Positions 34,742-42,814 of a DNA stretch of 42,814 nt are shown here, in pieces (the stretch's first letter is position 1; every line of letters starts with the position of its first letter). The stretch is from the NCBI GenBank assembly GCA_032718475.1, contig JAUCBJ010002412.1, positions 1-42,814 of the forward strand, read 5' to 3'. Position numbers and translations under genes: made by a program. Source of the DNA: Nemertoderma westbladi. Taxonomy: Eukaryota; Animalia; Xenacoelomorpha. Under the pieces are notes generated by a model. It searched no databases. It was not told the origin of the DNA and worked only from the letters and a program-made list of their open reading frames with translations.

Positions 34742-37700
34742 TCAATCTTTTTAGCTGCCTTGCTCGTCTCGTTTTAATGATCCATTGTAAAATTTCCACT
34801 TTACTAATTATTATATAATATTCTCTGCGGATAGATGTACCGTACATTGTGATAATATTTCAATTATGACCTGCAATGAATTTGTTCATAATTTTCAAAA
34901 TAAATGTTCATTTTAAGATATGCAACGTATTTGTTACTATAGAATATACCAAGGCCATCTGTTTTACACTCTACCTACACACAAATTGTTACATATATAC
35001 TGCTTGTACTGGCGAAACTTGCCCCACTCCACTATTTTTATATTTTTGTAAAATATTATTTTAGATTATTTTTCAAATTAAGCCGCAACTGTGGTCGTTA
35101 TTATCTTCTTTTATTAGTGGCGTTCAATAATCATGTTTATACTCCGGCTGAGGACCTACAGTAACTATTACACCTCTACTAATCTATATAAGGTGATAAT
35201 TAACCATGTAATTCTTATTGCTGTTGTTATTGCCAAGGCGGCACCTTTTATTTCTATTACGTATACAATTAATTATTGGAGGATAATTCTATTTATTCAT
35301 TCTGGTTTTAAAATAAACTGAATATAACTGCAGAATAGCTAGTATAACTGCAGTAACTGCACTAATTGCAAACAGCTTATTACTATTATTATTATTTGAA
35401 AGAAACTGTCCTGCTAACGACATATAATGTCTTTTATTTATAATTTTTTCTTATTATATATCCTTATCAACCATGATTTGTATTTATCGGAGTGGGGGGG
35501 TATAACCCCCACCCCCCCCCCCCCCCCCCCCCCTCTCCCGTTTGTTTGTTTATATCTCTAACAAACGCTGTTGGGAATAAATTTTTCGACTTTTCCTAAA
35601 AGTATTTTGTCTTCCTAATAGTGAAGACGGTCTTTAAAAATGTTGGAACTTTTCGAGTAATAGCACCATTCTTTAACCCAACTTTTGGCACTATTTTTGG
35701 GACGTTTTTTTGAAAACTACATTTCATAAATTTATTTCCATGAACTCTATTTTTGAGTTACACCTATTTTTTGGTATTTGCAGTATTCGATGGAATACAT
35801 CATATAATAAAATATGCTAGAAATTTCAAATTTGTTTTTTCTACGATTGCCAAATTTTGGTGCTAGTACCAAGTTTTGAATTTCTGACAATATTGTAAAA
35901 TGTTGTTTGCACCTGTTTTTTGCTTAAAATTTGTTTTTTTGGGGTTCTAATGTTGAGGTTTTGACGAGTTCACTAGGCATATCAAATTTTGTAGTTTTCG
36001 GTGCTGGGGGTCACCCCCAAACTGAACGTCACATTTTTGTCTATGTGGACCCTAAAACTGGGTGAAAATTATTTTTTGTGCGTACTAAACATCGACTGGA
36101 CTGTGTAAGAATAACCAAACCAAATATTTTTAAATTGGCTCCAAAATGGCTCCGTAATGGCAAAAAGTACCTTTTTGCGCCAAGGGCTATTTCTCTACCA
36201 ATATTTGTTGAAATTTGGAATATAAGTTCAGAAGAACCCTGCATCCAATCTTCAGAACAAATTTTGCCTCAAATGCTCTGGAGCCTTTTTAGAACAAAAA
36301 GACCCCAAAAAGGGCTTTTTTTGGTCTTTTTTGATATAAAAAGGCTCCAGGTCATTTCCAACCAAATTTGTTCAGAAGAAGTATGAAGAAAGGTATTCTT
36401 AACAAGTGTACCAAATTTCAACTAATTTCAGTTAAAATTGGCGGAGATATAGCTTTTTTCAGGAAAAAATGTCATTCTGAGCTAAAGGTGTTTAAAGTTT
36501 AAGGAACAATTCAAACCTTCCCGCTATTTTAGATAATACCATTTTTCTATGTTTAACAATAACTTTGTCAAAAGTGAATGAAATTCAACGAAATTTTTCA
36601 TGCTTGCTAAAACAACGTTTTAGCAATTTTATTCATATCTGTACCGTGGGAGCCTTTTTTATGAAAAGGGCCCCGTACAATTGTAAAATGTAGTGCTGCT
36701 CGAAGGCTTTTCAAAAATCAGACTAGCACTTACGTTTTGGGTAATAACTTGAGTTTGAGAAAATATTTGAAATCTCCATTAAATTCGGCATTTCCAAAAT
36801 AGGGGGTGCTACCCCCTCCCCCCCCCCCCCCCCCCCCCCCCTCCCCCTCGTAAAGTAACTCAATGATTTTTAAATATCTTACAATGGATTCAGCACCCCA
36901 GAAAACCTATATTGAAAAAGATGGGGAGAAATTGTAACTTTAATATTTTTTGAAAATTGTTCACTGCTTGAAATTGTGGTGCTGCAAAAAAGACCACACC
37001 AGTAAATTATTTTTAAAATTATTTTTTTCTACTACGTGCAAACGTTTTCGTTATGATTTGTACATTTTAGAGGGAGGGGGGGGGGGGGTGATTAGGTGGG
37101 CCAATATCCCCACCACACCCCCCCCCCCCCCCTCCCAGCATTTGTAGCCCGGTTTTATATCCCGATATTAACAGGGTTAATTCCCTTTGTTTCTACGCTT
37201 TAATGTGAGCAGCTGGTGGTGATACTATTGTTTATCTCTTGATACATCTATATATTTAACCTTTTATTTGGTGTTTGTTTTATAGTTTGCTATTATACTA
37301 AGTATTATTAGAACCTAATTTCCTTTGCAAGCAGTTACTAAATCAGTTTCGTTGTATTTCTCTTGTTTGAATTTGTACCTCCATTCGCTACCAGCTACCA
37401 TTATCAATCCGGTCCATATTAGTTAGATTAACCCTTGAACAGTTAAACTTCCATTAGTTTTGACAGCATGACAGGGCCACTTCACTTGGTGGGATTTTTT
37501 CTAATGAATGTTTGTCATCTATTGCCACCTAGTTTATTGTTAATTGAAGAATACCAGGATTTCACTTTTCGGTCGACTTTTTATTGGAATTTTATATATG
37601 AAGATTTTTTATTTTTTTAATTTATCTTTTATTAAGTGTATTATAGAGCTTATTTCTGTCTTACAACCTGTACATATACTAATTCGTTTATTGTTTTGGT

Positions 37701-39284
37701 TAGATTCAGCCTTTCTGAAACCTGTGTTTTTGGTGAAAACCTGGTATTCTTCACATGGGGGTAACTGCAAAGTGAAATAAAACGGCAGAAAGTCTGACGT
37801 ATTCTTCACATGGGCCATTTACGATCATAAACTTTTAAAGATTAGACATACAGAAATGGAGTTGTTAAGTCGTGCTAATTAATAATGAACAATGGCGAAT
37901 CTAATTTTATTTATTTGTAGGGAATTATTTGTAATTATGCACTTGAATTTTCTAGAACGCATGACACGTGTTAATTATAATCACTTTCATCTCGTACCAA
38001 ATTAGCAATACTAGTCTACTGACATTTTTTGTTAATGATTGGCATCCACCTGATGTTTGTACTTCAAGACATGGCGAATCCAGCAGGCCGGATGCCACCT
38101 CTTCATTTTTGATTTATTGCCTTTTTCGGGCTTCAACGTTTTTTGCTCAAAAAGGGGTTTTTTCGATTTTAGGATACAAGTTCATGGTGAATGTTAGTGA
38201 ATCTCGTCTCTTAACCAGTGTTATATTGAAAGTTAATCATTAATCAAAATGCATCAATGTTGTCCTGAAACTGTTATATAAACACTTTGGCAAAGAAGAC
38301 AATTACAGAGATTCCCTTGCAGTCCGACAACCCGGCCCTAGTAAACAACTTAAATAACATCTTGGGAACACATCAAGGGCAATATAAAATCAAACAGCAT
38401 CCAATGTCCCAGACACAGGCCAATTATTTGGACCATGATTTACACAAGTAGTATCAAAATAATAAGTTTAAGTGGATAATTCGTGTACCTTTACTCAACT
38501 ATTTGCTTCCATATTTGTAATTATTTAATAATATCACTACAGCTCAGTAGCATGGTGATACTTCCTGTCATATTGTACACATTCGGGTGACATTTACAGT
38601 CCACGTTACCATAGCAACAGACCAAATGAGACAATTTAATAAGAATTTAATTTACAGTGTAACTTATAATAAGAATTCGGAAGTGTCGAAATGATCTCAC
38701 TAAGGCGCAGAATGAGTCCCGCCCACTCGGGCACAATGGGACAGACAAGGATGCAGTTAAGGCCGCATCTAGGCACCTTAACCGGCAGTGCTATGATAAT
38801 CTAAAGGAGTTTATCAATAAGCAAGTTGATACCATTATCAATGCTGATGATAGCAGGCAATCAGCCCAGGCATGGCAATCAATAAACCTGCACACTGGGA
38901 GTAAAAGCCAACCAACCACCAAGGTTAGGGCTGAATCTCCAGCTGAACTCCTCAATGGTTGTAAGGGAGACTTTGAGAAGCTTATAAACAATGACAGGAT
39001 ATTGCCTGATAACTTTGAGGTACATCGTGTATCCGAGTCTGTGCTCACAGATATCCGCATCTCCTTTGCTGAAATTAAGACCAATCGTGCCATTGGCGTA
39101 GATGGCGTGCCCCCTGAGGTATTTAAAATTGGTCCATGCCCCAAAGAAGGGCAACCTAACAACCTATGAATCTTTTGGTGGAATCTCGTTAATCTCGATT
39201 GCTTCAAAGCAATACAACAGAATTCTATTAAATCGCATCAGGGATCTTGTTGAGAGACTGATACATGGGAACCAAAATACTAAC

Positions 39285-39535
39285 CATGGTTCTGTAATAT
39301 GTAGGGCTGGGAGACCACAAGGTGACAAAATAAAACAACAGTTTTAGCTAGCTTTCACCGATAAAATATATTTTCGATAATTTCGTAGTACTCCAACTAG
39401 CCTGAAGAAGCCCTGTGGGTGAAAGCTAGCTAAAACTGTTGTTTTATTTTGTCACTTGAGGTCTCCCAGCCCTACATATTACAGAACCATGATCACACCA
39501 GTGGCGAGAGCGCGACAATATTTATACAAAATACT
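39285..39535 (+). mobile_element. Penelope-like terminal remnant with an inverted repeat, inserted in the RTE
   Basis: ~74-bp near-perfect IR (39285-39359 / 39418-39491), a hammerhead-like core, and direct repeat CAAAATACTAACCA at 39273-39286 and 39527-39540. Confidence 0.6.
39394..39441 (+). ncRNA. Minimal type I hammerhead ribozyme-like motif
   Basis: CTGAAGA-A-GCCC-TGT-GGGT-GAAA-GCTAGC-TA. Stem I pairing is poor. Confidence 0.45.
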
Positions 39536-41494
39536 AACCAAAATACTTGCAGAACATGGGTTTCCTGAGGAAATTATTGTAGCTTTCAGATCACTGTATG
39601 ATGGTCCCACAACATTTGCGTTTACTGATGATGGTGACACAGATCCATTCGAAGTCTTATGCGGAATCCTTCAGGGTGACACACTTGCACCATTCTTATT
39701 CTTAATTGTGGTTGATTATGTTCTACGCATGTCCTTAGATCATCTTAATAAAAATGGGGTGAAGGTACCCTTAGGCCTACTGGCACAAGAAGTGGAGGAA
39801 ATCCAGCAAAGTGCCTTACTGATATAGATTCTAATGATATCGGGGTGCTTTCAGATTCACGTCCAAAGCTTCGCTGCTCATTGGACCAGGTTGGTTCTAG
39901 TGTTTGTCTTTTTGTAAACTACAAGAAGACAAAAATCATTACAGTGAACCTCGACAACCCTCAAGAAATGTCTGATCGTAAGGGAAGGCTTGCTTGAGCA
40001 CGTGGAAGCTTTCTGCTACTGGGATCATTGATCTGCAAGTTAGATTAAGACTTTCGGTAACGTAAGTGGAAGGCATGGGCAACGTTAAATAGTCTGACTA
40101 GGATTTGGAAATCCCATAGAATAAAACGGTACCTCAAGTTTCGATTATTTCTGGCAGCAGTAGTACCAGTAGGCCTACTCCTATATGGGAGTCCACGCTG
40201 GGCTCTAACTGCAGAGGATGCCAAATCTCTGGACGGAACTCTCACAAGAATCCGGGTTCATTGTGTCAAGTACAATAAACTTATCTCCAACCAGACTATA
40301 CAACATTGGAGCTGTTTCATTAGTCTCTCCTAGCTTGGACTTGAAAGGAGCCGCCTCCGCTTTGCAGGACCATCGCTTTTGGCATGAGGACTAACCAGTG
40401 CATATGCATAATCTTGTGCTTTGTTTACCTCATGAAGTGAATAAGCATGGTGGGCAGCCCATGATTTTCTTGAGACGCCTCTTATAGGACACTGGCCTTG
40501 AATATACGGCTGATCTGCAGTAGCAATTGTCCTGGGTGCTAGAGAGTTGTAGCGGCGCAATTATGTCGACAAGCCAACACAGCATTCTTAATATATGTAA
40601 AATATACTGTATAATGCAGCTGCAATGCAGCATGCCGGTAGTTGTACTGTAGTAGTAATAGTAGTAGTAGTGCTGACACCTTTTATTTTAACTTTCCCGC
40701 TGAGCTGTAGTGATATTTCTATATAATTACGAATGGGAACAAATAGTTGAGTAAAGGTACACGAATTCTCCACTTAAACTTATTATTTTGATACTTGTGT
40801 AAATCACTCTCTGGTCCAAATAATGGGCCTGTGTCTGGGACATTGGACGCTGTTTGATTTTATATTGCCCTTGATGTGTTCCCAGGATGTTATTTAAGTT
40901 GTTTACTAGGGCCGGGTTGACGGACTGCAAGGGAATTTCTGAAATTTTCTAATTTACAAAAGTGTTTATAATAGTTTCACGACAACATTGATGCATTTTG
41001 ATTAACTTTCAATATGTACTGTACACTGGTTAAGAAACGATATTCACCATGAACTTGTTTCCTAAAAAAAACATTTTTGAGCAGAAAACTTTGAAGCCCA
41101 AAACAAGGCATTAAATCAAAAATGCAGAGGTGGCATCCGGCCTAGCTGGATTCGCCATGACTTGAAGTACAAAAATCAGGTGGATGCCAATCATTAACAA
41201 AAAGTGCTATCTAAACTTAATTTTCGGGAGTTGGCAGGTAGACTATACCGGTAGTGGATAACGCGTCGGGTATGAATGTAAAGTATGCATAGTAAATGTA
41301 CGGCGTAGGATAGATATGTCGCCTTGGCGATTTGGTAGTGCGAAATTTTATTCCATACAAATAATTATTCCATACAAATAAATAAAATGTCTTATAACTC
41401 TAAACTATCCCTACTGTATTTCAAAATCCATACAACCTCATTAAGATTTGTAGAAAAAAATTTTGCCAGGCAGCCAGGGGGGTGGGTAAATACG

Positions 41495-41610
41495 GTCGCC
41501 GTGAGGACCAGCCAGTGCATAATCTTGTACTTTGGCAGCCTCCTGGAGTGAATAAGCATGGTGGACAACCCATGACTTTCTTGAGACGCATCTTAAAGGA
41601 CACTGCCTCG
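41495..41610 (+). pseudogene. Short RTE 3' fragment, paralogous to ~40383-40500
   Basis: REDQPVHNLVLWQPPGVNKHGGQPMTFLRRILKDT, with DNA similarity to 40383-40500. Confidence 0.7.
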
Positions 41611-41718
41611 CATTGCGCAATCTTAAGGGTTCGCTCACTAAATCTGCCTCACCCCACAAATTGTTAACAAACCTTCGGCGAGATTAATCGTAAGTATCGA
41701 AATGCGTTAAAATGATAA

Positions 41719-41788
41719 GATCGGATAGTCTATGGATTCGAGTTTGTGCTTTCAGACATGAAGATCACGAGTTCGAATCCCACTTTTT
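41719..41788 (+). pseudogene. Degenerate tRNA-derived sequence (SINE head or pseudo-tRNA)
   Basis: A-box-like TAGTCTATGG and B-box GAGTTCGAATCCC at tRNA spacing, followed by a T run; the stems do not fold well. Confidence 0.35.
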
Positions 41789-42324
41789 GCTGAATAGGAT
41801 AGGAAATTGTTGCAACATTAAGCAATTGAATAAAATGAAATTTATAGACTGCGCCATGATACTCAGATATTAACTGTAGTTGCTTAAAATAATTATAAAG
41901 ATTAATTTATAGAATCACTACAAAATAATTTGAACGGCAATCTATGGCGAAAATAATTAAAAGAAATGATTCCGAAGAACTTGAGAATGACAAGACAGCT
42001 CAGCGAACGACTTGCTTGGCGGCGTCTTGACGCTTAATATAAGCCTGTCTTGTTTGACCTTAGAATTTGCCTCACCTCCATTCCCCCCCACACGGCGGGC
42101 AGCATGATTAGTCCTTCAGAATATGAGTCATCCATATCAAATACTGTCAACCCCTACAGGCAACAGACCAACTATCCCACTGACTTATACAAAATGAACC
42201 AATAATGACGAGAGCAATATATGAGATAATTACACATTTAACCTGATAACAACCATTACGATCAGTGAAAACATGCGTCATATTAACAAACACTCCCTAT
42301 CACTATTCTACTACTAACAGTTAA

Positions 42325-42814
42325 GGGGGGGGGGTACACCATTTTTGTTTCAAAATTGTTTGGTTTTGGCTAAAATTTGGCATATGGGTTGGGTGCATAA
42401 GATGCAATTCTACATGACAGGTTAGAAAAAAAAAATTTTCGCTATTTAATATTAGTTAATACTAGTTAACAATAAAAAAAACTTGGTTGCGCTTAAAACC
42501 CTAAGGCTTTTACAGTTTTGAACCTAATCACATGAAAGTTTTTTTATATGATAGATCAAAGATGGGGCAACATAACTATCAGGCGAAATTTTGTTAAAAT
42601 AATTCTGAACCGCTAGGTGGCGCTGCAAATTTATGCTAATTTTTAGGTTTTTTATAAATAGTATTAAATTTTATTAACAAATAATTTCGAAAAGTTGTCT
42701 GATACTTTTATGCAGGGTGGCTATCTAGACACCCACAGAAAGTTTCAGACTAATTGCTCAAAAATTGTAGAAGTAGTAGGGTTTTGAAGTTGACAATTTC
42801 ATGAAAAAATATTT
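42325..42814 (+). mobile_element. Possible left end of a non-autonomous DNA transposon after TTAA (Kolobok-like)
   Basis: TTAA|GGGGGGGGGGTACACC start and an abrupt compositional change. The other end is not in the window. Confidence 0.3.

Larger units (their letters stand above)
38700..40590 (+). pseudogene. Degraded RTE-clade LINE reverse transcriptase
   Basis: GVDGVPPEVFK, PKKGNL..GISLISIASKQYNRILLNRI, GILQGDTLAPFLFLIVVDYVLR, ERSRLRFAG; many stops and frameshifts. Confidence 0.88.
38026..41203. repeat. ~510-bp inverted repeat pair (38026-38547 / 40700-41203)
   Basis: Continuous reverse-complement alignment, e.g. TTCCCTTGCAGTCCG.CAACCCGGCCCTAGTAAACAACTTAAATAACATC. Confidence 0.92.

Noticed and set aside
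35480-37180. Possible piggyBac-like element ending CAGGG|TTAA at 37176
   Set aside because: No matching left TIR or transposase found; boundaries cannot be supported.

Overview
AT-rich, repeat-dominated eukaryotic DNA, most likely from an invertebrate animal. The centre is a very young 13.3-kb BEL/Pao-type LTR element on the minus strand (12679-25948). It has 1243-bp LTRs with one mismatch seen, a 5-bp TSD (ACTGC), and an open Gag-protease ORF but no RT, RNase H core or integrase. The most striking signal is that it has no tRNA-type primer-binding site. The 12 nt abutting the 5' LTR are instead a perfect complement of a 12-mer inside its own LTR, the layout of Tf1-type self-priming. Host genes: a single-exon MS4A-like four-TM gene, two identical tRNA-Asp(GTC) genes in a diverged duplication, and a DNAJB C-terminal-domain ORF with no J domain. 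Other mobile DNA: a TA-flanked foldback MITE, a Harbinger element with a nonsense-mutated transposase inserted in an RTE LINE, Helentron/DINE-like elements, a MULE/Phantom-like element with 8-bp TSD, a CRE-type remnant, RTE fragments and a Penelope-like inverted repeat with a minimal hammerhead core. Paralogue comparisons show TA-to-TACWGTA excision footprints. All calls come from reading the sequence by eye; no searches were run.
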